Shown one piece after another: positions 47,301-58,219 of a DNA stretch of 64,000 nt. Within the stretch, counting starts at the first letter, position 1, and every line of letters begins with the position of its first letter. Source of the DNA: Dudresnaya verticillata (taxonomy: Eukaryota). A program made the position numbers and the translations under genes. The stretch is taken from NCBI GenBank assembly GCA_977862235.1, contig OZ374564.1, positions 744,001 to 808,000 of the forward strand, in the 5' to 3' direction. A model generated the notes under the pieces. That model saw only the letters and a list, made by a program, of their open reading frames with translations. It was not told the DNA's origin and searched no databases.

Positions 47301-50300
47301 CGCCAACTCGGCGGTAGCTGCATCTGGTAAGAATAATGGTAAATCTGCAAAGGTAGAAATCGCCGGTGCATCGGTTGAGATGACTACTGTTGTTCCTCCG
47401 AACGACCAAGGAACGTATGCCGACAGTGGAGCAACTGTGCATTGCTTCCACTCAATGACTTCTTTTGTACCGAGCTCAGTATCGCGCTGCGAAAAGCGTA
47501 CTGTAGTGCTTGCGGACAAGTCGTCTATCACCTCAGACCTATGTGGAGATGTGATTCTGCCGTTTGAGCATGCCAATATTCGGCTCAAGAAGGCCCTCTT
47601 CATCCCGCAGATGGGATACAATCTTGTCTCTACTGGGCGTTTGGCAGATAAAGGAATTGAATCACACTTTCGCCGCTTGGACGTGCGCTTGGTACTCGAC
47701 TCTGATGGGTACTATATTGGATCCGGTGTTCGCGATGCGAGTTCTGGAATGTACATGCTACCAGAACCCGAGCCGCACACTTCGGAGGAGCAAGTACTGG
47801 CTGTCCCCAGCACGGAGCAAACTACTGAGCTCTGGCATCGACGTCTTGCCCACATTAATTTTCGGGACTTGGCCAAAGTGCACGAGCATGTTGAGGGTGT
47901 TCCGGAGTTGGGCTCCACTCATGAAGTGTGTCGGGCTTGTAGACTTGGGAAAGCACACAAACAATCATTCCCAGGGCACTTCCGCCCGGCCAAAGCTGTC
48001 GGTGATCTCGTGCATTCCGACATTGTTGGTCCAATCCAGATCTCCTTTCCCGATCGTTTCCGGTATGCCACGACGTTTCTGGATGATAAATCCCGTTTCT
48101 TGGTCGTCGCATGTATGAGAAGTCGCCGTATGTTGAGTGCAGCATTAGATCAAGCTTCAGCAAAGTTTATCGAGCTTGGAGGAGCGGAAATAACAAAACT
48201 CCACTCAGACGGGGCTCAGGAGTATTTGGCTTTGCAGAAGGATTTGGGAGGAGTTGGAGACAGTGGCAAATCCTTCTCCCCACCTTATACTCCGGAGCTC
48301 AATGGAATCGCGGAAAGGGTGAACCGAACCATGGTGGAAGCTGCCCTGACTTTGCTGATCCAGGCTGATCTACCGGGATGTTTGTGGCCGTTTGCACTGA
48401 AGCATGTCAACTACGTGCGCAATCGGGTACCACACTCAACCGTTGGGGCTACGCCATACTCGGTCATGACAGGTGATGTTCCTGATTTAAAACATTTAAG
48501 AGTGTTTGGATGTGCTGCATATGTCCTAAGGCTCCCACGCGGATCCAAGTTCGAGTCTCGTGCACTTGAGGGGGTGCACTTGGAGACTCTAGAGCATGGG
48601 ATCTACAGGATATTGGTCACTGGCGGTGACGGTATACCTCGTGTGGTTGAGTCGCGGCATGTCACATTCGACGAGTCCAAATTCCCGGGTGCTCCAAGCC
48701 TGTTGGAATATGGGCAGGACGAGGCAGATTCGGATGAAGATTACGAGTCTAACTCAGAGGCCTCTATTTTCAACTCGGACTCTGATGACGATGTATCGCT
48801 GGGTAACTTTGAGGATGAAGAGGATGCGATTGAAGTTGACACACCTTCTTCAGCTCCACTACCTCCATCAGAACCCAGCTCATTCGAATCTGATGACACG
48901 GCTGAGGAAGAAAACGTCTCTGACAATCCTCCGGCTGGTGTGAGTTCAGACCCAGAACGCCAGCAACAGAGTCGATATCCTCGTCGCCAACGTCGCCAGA
49001 CGTCGAAATGGTTTATGGCAAGCTCTGCACAAGCTGAACAACAGGTTGCCCTCACAACTGGAGATGAGCCCACTCTTCGAGAGGCCATGTCTGCCACTCC
49101 GGAGGAGCGCGGGTTGTGGCAATCTGCCATTGATGATGAGTTCGCATCCTTGGAATCCAAAGGCACTTGGGTCCATGATGACAGTCCCGATGCACAGCCG
49201 CTTCCAACGCACGCCGTGCTGAAAGTTAAACGCAAGTCCGACGGGACGGTCGAGCGCTTCAAAGCGCGGGTCGTCGCTGGTGGAAACTTCCAGACGTATG
49301 GTGAAGACTACATGGAAACATACGCCCCAGTTGTGTCGTTCTCGCTGGTGCGCATGTTCCTATACTTGGTACTGTGTTCGAACCTGTTTGTTGCACAGCT
49401 AGACGTGAAGACGGCTTTCCTGAATGGTGATCTGGCAGAACACGTGTGGGTAATGTCACCGTGTGGGATTCCTGGAAGGGAATCTCTCTGTTACAAACTT
49501 CTGAAGGCTATGTATGGGCTAAAACAGGCTCACCTAGCTTGGCACACCAAGCTGTGTGGTGACCTTACTAGGATGATGTTTGAGGAATTGCCTAGTGCAC
49601 CTTGCGTGTTTCGTCGCAAATCCAAGTCTTCTGGATACGCATACATCTTGGTGTACGTTGATGACTTGCTCATCCTCGCACCCACAAAGGCGGAGAGAGA
49701 CGCCATTGTTAAGGAACTGCAGGGCCTCTACGATCTACGGCTGTCTGAAGGGGTTGACCTCTTCCTCGGAGTCGAGCTTGGATGGGAGCTAGACTCTGAT
49801 GGCAGATTTGTGTCTCTCAAGATGACTCAACAGGTCTACACGGAAAGTGTTCTTCGTCGATTTGGACTTCAGAACTCTAAGCCGGCTTGTACGCCGATGG
49901 TTGAGTCTTTCTTCACTGGACTTGCCGTCGAGGAGGACAAGGCTGTCGTGTCGGTTGAGACGTACCAGCAGATGATCGGGTCACTTCTATATTTGGGGCT
50001 TCGCACAAGGCTGGACATTTTGGCCTCTGCGCTTATTCTCGCACGGTTCCAGAAGGCTCCAACTGCGTACTGTCACCGCGGTGCAAAGAGGGTTCTGCGA
50101 TATCTTCGAGGCACTCACAAGCATGGAGTTACGTACCAGTCCGGAAGCATTCGTATCCAAGCTTATGTGGACGCTGACTATGCCGGTGACACCACAGACC
50201 GAAAATCTATGTCTGGTTACATGGTGAAACTGGGAGATGCAGTGTGTATTTGGGGATCCAAGAAGCAGTCAACTGTTGCTCTCTCAACTTGCGAGTCGGA

Positions 50301-50819
50301 GTACTATGCAATGACTCTGGCTGCGAAAGAGACGGTTTGGGTCTCGCGAGTGCTGAAGGAGGCCGACTTGAACGTCGAAGGCCCCGTTCCATTGAGATCA
50401 GACAACCAGTCTGCCATCAATTGGGCTACTGGAGAACGCAGTCCATCTGGTCGTGCCAAGCATATCGACGTTCGTGTACACTTCATTCGCGAACTTGTCG
50501 CCGACTCTGTTCTGGAAGTGGTGTATGTGCCGTCAGAAGACAACGACGCGGACTTGCTGACAAAGCCACTCGGCCCCACTTTGCTCAATAGGATTCTACC
50601 AAGGGTTGGACTTGGAGGAGCCATCGAGGAGGAGTGTTGAGGACATGGTCGCTGGCGCCTCACGTCACGGGTCAGGTACCCCAGATGGTACCCTGGCACG
50701 CTTTCACCAAACCTTCCGGAGACGACAGCCCTTTTTCCGGGCTTCCAAAATCACGGCGCATTTAGGCCTTTTGCAAAAGCAACGTGAAACGGGCTTCTGA
50801 TTGGTTGTTACAAACCGCC
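44308..50819 (+). mobile_element. Copia copy with intact ORF; 3' LTR broken after ~185 nt
   Basis: LTR 44308-45381 (1074 bp), PBS 45382-45395, ORF, PPT, LTR start 50635-50819. Confidence 0.95.
46318..50640 (+). CDS. gag-pol: Copia Gag-Pol polyprotein, 1440 aa
   Basis: Same domain motifs as 4586-8908 with scattered substitutions. Confidence 0.97.
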   Translation: MTDTEAEMDTSSGVRIPRFHGRRGDDYGLWRHRLRAACRIKGVWNVVHTSNDTPSSSQSTGEASADTSILHARTLAKREKACGIIISALGDAPLRVVMEVDDDPKRMLELLDSRYASSRTVSRIAVQTKLFRMTYTGQNMSNYVDQYTSLFAQLDLMGNDSAIPETHKAPMLLASIDPSCHLESTAAALRTKDAAELTWDYVATTLIDEYNAKDSHGSNAGGRSSKSKSRRKKKKKSASSGSRQQHNPLDDNDDSDDSSDIESTVRALAVALKSAKQAHSTPNRHLHCDVCDKDGHTADRCYLNPENPNNKLPPKVRQMFTNQGKKGNANSAVAASGKNNGKSAKVEIAGASVEMTTVVPPNDQGTYADSGATVHCFHSMTSFVPSSVSRCEKRTVVLADKSSITSDLCGDVILPFEHANIRLKKALFIPQMGYNLVSTGRLADKGIESHFRRLDVRLVLDSDGYYIGSGVRDASSGMYMLPEPEPHTSEEQVLAVPSTEQTTELWHRRLAHINFRDLAKVHEHVEGVPELGSTHEVCRACRLGKAHKQSFPGHFRPAKAVGDLVHSDIVGPIQISFPDRFRYATTFLDDKSRFLVVACMRSRRMLSAALDQASAKFIELGGAEITKLHSDGAQEYLALQKDLGGVGDSGKSFSPPYTPELNGIAERVNRTMVEAALTLLIQADLPGCLWPFALKHVNYVRNRVPHSTVGATPYSVMTGDVPDLKHLRVFGCAAYVLRLPRGSKFESRALEGVHLETLEHGIYRILVTGGDGIPRVVESRHVTFDESKFPGAPSLLEYGQDEADSDEDYESNSEASIFNSDSDDDVSLGNFEDEEDAIEVDTPSSAPLPPSEPSSFESDDTAEEENVSDNPPAGVSSDPERQQQSRYPRRQRRQTSKWFMASSAQAEQQVALTTGDEPTLREAMSATPEERGLWQSAIDDEFASLESKGTWVHDDSPDAQPLPTHAVLKVKRKSDGTVERFKARVVAGGNFQTYGEDYMETYAPVVSFSLVRMFLYLVLCSNLFVAQLDVKTAFLNGDLAEHVWVMSPCGIPGRESLCYKLLKAMYGLKQAHLAWHTKLCGDLTRMMFEELPSAPCVFRRKSKSSGYAYILVYVDDLLILAPTKAERDAIVKELQGLYDLRLSEGVDLFLGVELGWELDSDGRFVSLKMTQQVYTESVLRRFGLQNSKPACTPMVESFFTGLAVEEDKAVVSVETYQQMIGSLLYLGLRTRLDILASALILARFQKAPTAYCHRGAKRVLRYLRGTHKHGVTYQSGSIRIQAYVDADYAGDTTDRKSMSGYMVKLGDAVCIWGSKKQSTVALSTCESEYYAMTLAAKETVWVSRVLKEADLNVEGPVPLRSDNQSAINWATGERSPSGRAKHIDVRVHFIRELVADSVLEVVYVPSEDNDADLLTKPLGPTLLNRILPRVGLGGAIEEEC

Positions 50820-51587
50820 GCATTTCCTGCCATCCATATGTACTCCAACTTTGGGCGGGAACTCGAAAGTATCGAGTGTCCCCGCATGGCTGCTGTCGGA
50901 CAACACTGCACACCACGTGGCCGCACTTACCAGCTCAAGTCCGTCCATGAATATCCAACTTGGATCATTGACCACGTAATCACCCAGATTTGCCTACGTG
51001 GCAGCTGTAAACCAACGTGTCGGCCGCACGACACCTACGTGGCAACTGTAAACCAACGTGTCGGCCGCACGACAGCTACGTGCAAACTGTAAACCAACGT
51101 GTCGGCCGCACGACAGCTACGTGCAAACTGTAAACCAACGTGTCGGCCGCACGACAACTGCATCTCCTGATATCACAAGTCAGGCTCCACGTAGCGCAAG
51201 TCCCTGCAGTACCAACTCGGACGCCATCAGCACATTGCATGGCACGTTCATGTGTACTTGTGGAGTACAGTGCGAGTCATACCAACACCATTCCATGCCA
51301 TACCACGTGCATCCATGTGGTCCAATCAGATCGTTCCACTTGGCCGTTCCTGTTATAACCGCCAATTCCAGCACAACACTTGTAAGCCATATAGACCATG
51401 GAGGCGGTTTGTAACAACCAATCAGAAGCCCGTTTCACGTTGCTTTTGCAAAAGGCCTAAATGCGCCGTGATTTTGGAAGCCCGGAAAAAGGGCTGTCGT
51501 CTCCGGAAGGTTTGGTGACAGCGTGCCAGGGTGCCATCTGGGGTGCCTGACCCGTGACGTGAGGCGCCAGCGACCATGTCCTCAACA
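50818..51587 (-). repeat. Inverted partial Copia LTR (first ~770 nt)
   Basis: Reverse complement of the LTR 5' part ending ...CCTCAACA at 51587; junction AACCGCCGCATTTCC. Confidence 0.93.
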
Positions 51588-51679
51588 GGGGACAAGAATA
51601 CATCTGACCACAATCTGGAAGCCGACATCCTGAAGTCGTTCAGAATAACCATCAGATGCGGTGGTAGATATTCGACAAG

Positions 51680-52827
51680 AATGTTCGCGAGGGTGTTGGG
51701 GACCGATACGACGACACACCGTATGGAACGCCTGCATCACAGTCCGGTGCAGGGAAACAGTATGACAACTATATGAGTGATTCTGAAATATCTGAGCTTG
51801 CAGAAATGTGCAGGCAATCCGTTATGCCGGGAGGGTGGGTGTTCATGTTCGTCTCCTCCAGAAATTCGAACCTATAAGGCAGGCTCTTCTCAAGGCCGGA
51901 TTCATTTGCCCAACGTACGCCTTTTCGATTGCAAAGGATACACGCACGGTTCAAGAGAGGCGAGGAAATGAATGTCCCCAAAATGGCCATGAAATTGCCG
52001 TCATGGGAAGGGCCCCAGGGCAGCACCCTAAACGCTTCCGAGTGGATTTTCGAAGCCCATACCAATTTGTGAAGGCCTCCGAAAGGAGAAAGTTTGCATA
52101 CATGTCCCAAATTCCTGTTTCTAAGAAGAAGCTTCTTAAACCGGGTAGCAAATCTCCGGTGCTTACGGAGGAGAAGAATGTTCAGCTGTTAGTGGAATTG
52201 TTGACGACCTTCTGCCCTGAAGGAGGTGCCATTCTGGACATGTATGCCGGAACGATGACAACTGCAATTGCAGCTATGCAGACTGGTAGGAAGTGCATCT
52301 GCATAGAGCAGAGTCTACAGACGTACAGGCTTGCAGTTGCACGCTTGAAAAGGATAGCAGGTGATCATCGCAAATTGTCGGATGGGAGGGAAGTAACACC
52401 ACTGTGCCCTGGTAGAGAGGAACAGGCCCTGGGAGAAGACCAGGGAGCAGCTGTGGAAATTCCGCAACAGAAACTGCTCGGGAATGAGGCCGAGAAGGAT
52501 TCGGATTGTATTGCAGGAGGTGATGCTGTTGTTCTGGAGGTTGGGAAGAACGTTGTTGGGAAGGCAAAAGTCCAATTCGGGGCAACTTCTGAAGAAAAAG
52601 TTCGCAAGCAGATTCATCTGAAGCAAGTGTCAGAATATGAAAAGGCAGGACAGGAACTCATTGCGGTTTACGCCCTCGAATTTGATTCATCCTTTACCAC
52701 GTTAGCGTATCTGTATATCTTTCATGTTCCGAACGACCGCCCTGCCACGAGCCTAGGTGGGTTAGACGGATTCTTTGAATGGGATCTCCATGCGATGGAA
52801 TCCAACGCGCGATGCGAGCAGAAATGA
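51680..52827 (+). pseudogene. Beta-class amino DNA methyltransferase (N6-adenine/N4-cytosine family), frameshifted and 5'-truncated
   Basis: DTPYG (DPPY-like motif IV, 51713-51727), then ELAEMCRQSVMPGGWVFMF; frameshift near 51855; then EKNVQLLVELLTTFCPEGGAILDMYAGTMTTAIAAMQTGRKCICIE (motifs X-I-II). Confidence 0.8.
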
Positions 52828-55800
52828 GATTAAAGCAATGTTGAGCATAAGAATCGTTCGCTTGAATGGTATGCTACGCCAGTGCGTGGTATCGCAAGCC
52901 ATAAGCACATGCTGCTCTTCCAAGGAGGCCGTATACTGCCGCCGACAGCAATATCCCTGTAAAAGTCCACAGCGCAAAAGGTGCATCCTCGCTCGGTCGC
53001 AATTAAGCAGCACGTTTTCCTTCACAAGGATCTGCAGAGTCCCACCAACGCTCTTTTAGCGCATGTGATGAATGTGGAGCGACACGGACGATCTGCCAAC
53101 AAGCCCGAGTGAGACTGCTGCATTCACAGCCCCGGTACCGTAGTACAGGTAGTAGCGTAGCAGCAGTACTGTAGTAGTGAGGCGGGTCACAGCACTCGAG
53201 TGCTGTGACCCGCACAGATATGTGAAACCAGAGCTATAATTTGTAGGTGATTGTACTCGCGCAAGACACTTGCGCTTCGCTGCGGGACGAGTGTCGGTCG
53301 TTCCGAAATTGCTCCAATCGTGTGAAACCCTATCAAAATAATGGAGAATGACCAACAGCTTATCAGAAAGCCGCACGTAAATTTCTATTAAACAGGTCAT
53401 GCACATTCCGAGATCTCAAAAGCTATGATAGGTCTTACAAAAATCGAGGCCTCATGTGCTGTTCAATAGCCTTCTGAATCTCACTGGTCGAAAAGCAATC
53501 ATAGGTCTTGCGATTGCCTCGGGCCAAACACCTGTTTACTAGAAGCTACGGCTGCTCGAGCCAAGGACCTATTCCGTATTATGGAGAATGCAAGATAGGT
53601 TTTCGGCTCGCGCGGCATAAATCGCTCCGGATTTGTGCTACGAGATTTGTGGCGGAATACCTCTCGTAATTTACCGTCGGCGCACCAGAAGCGTTTGGCG
53701 CCCGTGCCAACCAAGCGCTTGTGGCATTCACAGTTAATGCTGAACCGACTTTCTGCGCGTGACGTTGCAAAGCGTGGAGCTTCATTGGCAGCTTCATCGG
53801 CCTTTTCGGCGGCCCGTGGGTTTCTTCTACCGCGCATCACATCGGTAGCAGAACTTGGTGGGGTGGGAGGTTGCGGCCGCGGTGGGGTGGCAGAAGGGTG
53901 GGCGGAAGGGCGGGTGCATTCTGCCAAAAGGCGGTGGGTGGGTGTGCCAGGCGGCTGCAATAGGCTGTGGTATCAGTGCAGTGCCAGGGTGGCTCTCCCT
54001 CTCCCTCTCCCGGTCACCCTGGCATTTGCGCTTCGGTGATTTCGACACGTGCCCTGCTGCATGCAGCGCTGCAGCGAATGGGTGGTATCGACAATGTTAG
54101 TGCGGCGAAGTAGGCCGGCGATCCTGCGGAGAGGTAGTTGCGGGCGGAGGGGGGTGACCTGCATGGCCTGGAAGAGGTGCTTTCCTCGGACAAGTTCGCG
54201 TCACATCATTCAGATCACGTCAGGGTGCCTACTGCGTGCGCACGGGCTACGATTGCGCGTATTCGCGCCCCAGACCCGCCGAGCTCTCCGCATAAGATCA
54301 ACCAAGTCTGCTAGCTGTTTATCGAGCAGCTTACTTTTATCGTCTCGCCAAAAGATGACATGGAGGTCTATCGCTTTTCGTCGTTGGAGCATATGGCAAC
54401 CGTCATGACTTTTGCAATCTTCCGCGACGATGATGTCATCGGCTGTGAATTTTCTCCCTGCTTTCGCGCAGTAAGGCGACAACATCACCCATGAAAGCTT
54501 GCGCGGTTGTTCTCTAACATCATTGCGTCTCTTGACGACAAGTGCGAGGATCTGAGGGATACATTTCGGGATGCTTCGTTGGCGCCGTTGGTACCCGTTG
54601 GAATAATCATCTTCAACTGTCGAATTAGCGGAGCGCGTTGTCAACGCGAGTGCGAAGGACCTTCAAGTCCCTCTCTGCAACATGCCGAACGCCTCTGTAC
54701 GACGAATGAGAAGTTAGAGACGCAATGGTTGTGGCAATTGGCGCGGCAGTTGAGGTCGCGAGCGACGGATTGCTAAATCATCTCGCAATACAATTGCGAG
54801 ACCGGGACTATTTGCTCCGAAATGCAGCTCGAAGGCAGGTCATTGGTTTCTATAATAGAAAGCTGTTTCTATAATAGAAAGCTGGGCAGGATATCCAAGC
54901 AGCGCAAAAACCAGGAGGGTGGTAATGTTGGTGACTCGCATACTGGAGAAGACGAAGACTTCAGCCTTGCTTTGCCGAAATCTCGTGACGAATCCGCGTC
55001 TAGCATCGATGACAGACTGGAGCGAAGAATCAAAAAGAACAGAAACCCGGGTAATGCGACGTAAGCGGTTGCTTGATGTGCCTGTTCAAGCACATACAGC
55101 ACTGAGGAATGCTGGCGACAATGCCACAGCTACGGGTATTGAACACGTCATCGACGAAAAGATTCCAGGTTACAAAAGCAATGATGAGCATGTTTCCAGG
55201 GTAAGACATGTGCTGCTATGTTCCTTTCAAACCCAGAGGGCAGCTACTTTGCACACGTTATATCATTATCTCATGAACGGCAAAAGGTACGTGAAGCATT
55301 GGCGGCAATAGGCAACTACCGTCTTGCCTCTAGAAGGACCAAATATCAAGTTGCTCAGAATAGCCTATTCTTTCTCACTAAGTGGGGATGATATTGCCAA
55401 CGAAACTAGCGACGTCACCCCGGCTACGTGTTCTAAAGGAAAAGCTACTCCAAATAAGCCTGGTTCTTTAAAGATGGACATTTTGGACGCCCATGAAGTA
55501 TGCGAGAAGAATGCTACAGCTGTTGACGGCTATTCCACAGATGGGGATAGGAAATCCGCCCTTCGAGACGCAGTTTCGAGGATTGGTTCCAAGTGGCCTG
55601 TGGACACCTGCTTGCAAGAGCAGGTAATTCCAATATGTCTGCCTGGATTATTTCCGTCTCTCCACTTTATCGCTGCATCTGAGTTGGCTGTAGGAGATAG
55701 CAAGCCGTCTTGTCTCTTTGAACAATCAGAAGCTGGTACTGGTGTTGGTGGGGGTGGGGCAGATTTTCCGACTGCCTTACCCGGCGTCTTTCGATAGTAT

Positions 55801-56113
55801 GGCAAGGTATTACACCTTTAAATCGCTCTCAGACACTCCTCTGGGCTCGTTCAATACAATGCGAAAGAGATTTGCGCCATGGTCACAACCTCATTGCACT
55901 CTTGTAACTCCTGTAGCACGTCGGAAAAGCTCCGAGTATGCACATCTACAGTTACATGAACGGAGCACCGGCTTTGGCGAGCAGAGCGAGGCGGACGCGG
56001 TATGGTAGAGGGGCAGGGCGGAAAGGCGCGCACAATGGCCCGGGCGGTGATGTGCGCGCAGAGAGATTTACTAATGGCGGTTATCGTGCCATAACGGTTT
56101 CGGAGCAGGTCTT

Positions 56114-56654
56114 TTAGGATTCGGAGCGGGAGGATCGTGGGCTGGCTTGGGCCTCAACGGATGTGATCACAGTTTTCAGGGCAAACATTGCCTGCGATAA
56201 GGCCAATGTGACACTGCGATGAACTCGGCGAAAGAAACTGCGAACCATGCGCAGAGCCGCTCGCTGCAGATGGGCAACCAATTGACTTAGCTCATTCTGA
56301 GCGCTCCTAAGTTGCTGGAATTCTTCTTCAAGTTCAACGAGTTGCGCTTCCACATCTTCAAGACTTATGTGTCCGTTTGCATCACGATTGTTCGCTACCT
56401 TCGGACGCTTCGTTTCTGCGGGCGAGGTGGCGCTGCAAAGCCGCGGTATTTCCCCTTGCTTCGGTAAGTTTCTCCTGGATAAACTTCAGCAGACGGTATA
56501 TTTGACACACAACTGGCCACCCTAGTCGTTGAAGCTCGCGCTCCAAATACGATACCGTCTTTCTAATGGTCCCAAACACCTCCCATAATTCTGCTATTAT
56601 CTCCTGAGCGGCGTGCAGCCTCCCGTCTATTGTCTCTTGATAGATGTTGCGCAT
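56114..56654 (-). other. Two short consecutive coiled-coil-like ORFs (90 aa and 79 aa), function unknown
   Basis: Heptad-like Leu/Glu/Gln patterns in both ORFs; no family recognised. Confidence 0.3.
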
Positions 56655-57420
56655 AGGGTGGGTTCTGGAACGTTCGTCTTACGGCGAAGTTAAAGTTTGC
56701 AAAGGTACTTGACGCCCAGGGCATCCCTTGTTCGTCAACAGGTGCTGTGGCCCCCAGAAGCTCATACATTGACTTTCCTTTCTTGTCTGCAAGAAAACGT
56801 CACGGGGTTTCGAAACGTAAAAATCACCCCAGTCGACTGTCGAGGAGCACTGCTCGGTCCCTCTCGATTCTCTCCCTTATCCTTGACGCCCATCAATACT
56901 ACCCGCTTGTACAAAGACGGAAGTCGTACGGCGGAATCGAGCAGTCTGCAGGGCGTACCCTTGCAATACCGAGTACTGCTTCTTGATTGACACGGACTTG
57001 AGATTCGTGACTGTGTCCCTTCTGATTGGTGATCTGGCACGCTCGTCTCTCAAATCACACTGTGGTGTTCGCACTGGCGCTGGAGTGTATGGCGGAGTGG
57101 AGTGGTGCATACAGAGCGAGAGGAAAGCCCTTCCAATACCAGTCGTTTTAACTGCGATTCGGAGCAGCTCTAGGCATGCGCAAGCCTGTCATGCAGAATA
57201 CCCCACCGCCACTGGAACAGTATTATATCGATGTCCTTTCAGAAGCGCCCTCGTCCCTCCCCAATATTTCAGCTCTTCAGAACAAGTAGCGCACAACTAT
57301 CGCGCCCTAGCGGGAACATCGATTTTGTTGCTTCACCTCGCCCGCCCTGAGTGCAAGGAGCATCCTGCACGAGTGCATTGCAAAAGGCTCAGACTCCCCT
57401 ACCACAAGGGGTGGTAGGAC

Positions 57421-58219
57421 ATGGCCCAAGACTCATCTGGGCAGGTTTCGGAAGCAGCAAACGTTCCAGTTCAGAACGAAGACGACTTCGGCGATGAGCT
57501 GCTTCCCGGAACAAAGCCCGGCGCACGAGTCATCTCACTCTCAACGGGGAACACGTTGCTACAGCAACCCTGCTACGACCTCATGATTTTAAGGAGGGTG
57601 CCGTTGATCCCAGTGGTCGATTCACCACATACCTGCACGGGCGCAACCTTGGGCCTCAACAACGTGATGGAGAAGTATGGGTTGTAGTTCACCTCGTGCG
57701 ATGCCTCCGCAACTGCAATTCCTACGAAAACCCGTTCCAGTACAAACCAGGCAGTACGCCTTGTCCGGAGACACTGAGTCGAATGCAGACTGGAAAACAC
57801 GCCTGGGACCTATTCCAGATTGAGAACCTCGTAATCATCTACAATACAGAGCGCAGAAAAAGCTCAGGTGCGACTGTATCCGGAGTGGAAAAACGTGCGG
57901 TGGCTGACGCTAACCCACCAACACCCCCTCTGCTCAGGGTTCGCAAATCCGCTCCTCACCCAAAACAGCAGCATGGTGCGGAAGAAATGGCAGCGGCGAA
58001 CAGCCCTTCAACACCACCGCCAGAGAAAGTCAATGAAGAGGAAGATGTCACAAAACGTCTGCAATACACACCTGCACGCCGGCCACCTATGCGTGAACGA
58101 CCCCAGAAACCATCCAAGAGTAACGTCCCGGACGCCTTACCAGTCTCTTCGGCCCCAGTGTCTCTTGAACCCACGACTACACCCGTGAAAGAGAGAGATC
58201 CTCGTGTAGGCGTGACAGA
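57421..58219 (+). pseudogene. Degenerate ORF of unknown product, interrupted by the LINE; continues at 63509-63813 (duplicate 44003-44307)
   Basis: MAQDSSGQ..., then ORF 57696-58226. An open acidic low-complexity frame resumes after the LINE TSD. Confidence 0.45.

Noticed and set aside
52830..56100. Numerous short ORFs on both strands
   Set aside because: No recognisable motifs; cannot be separated from chance ORFs or decayed genes without a search.
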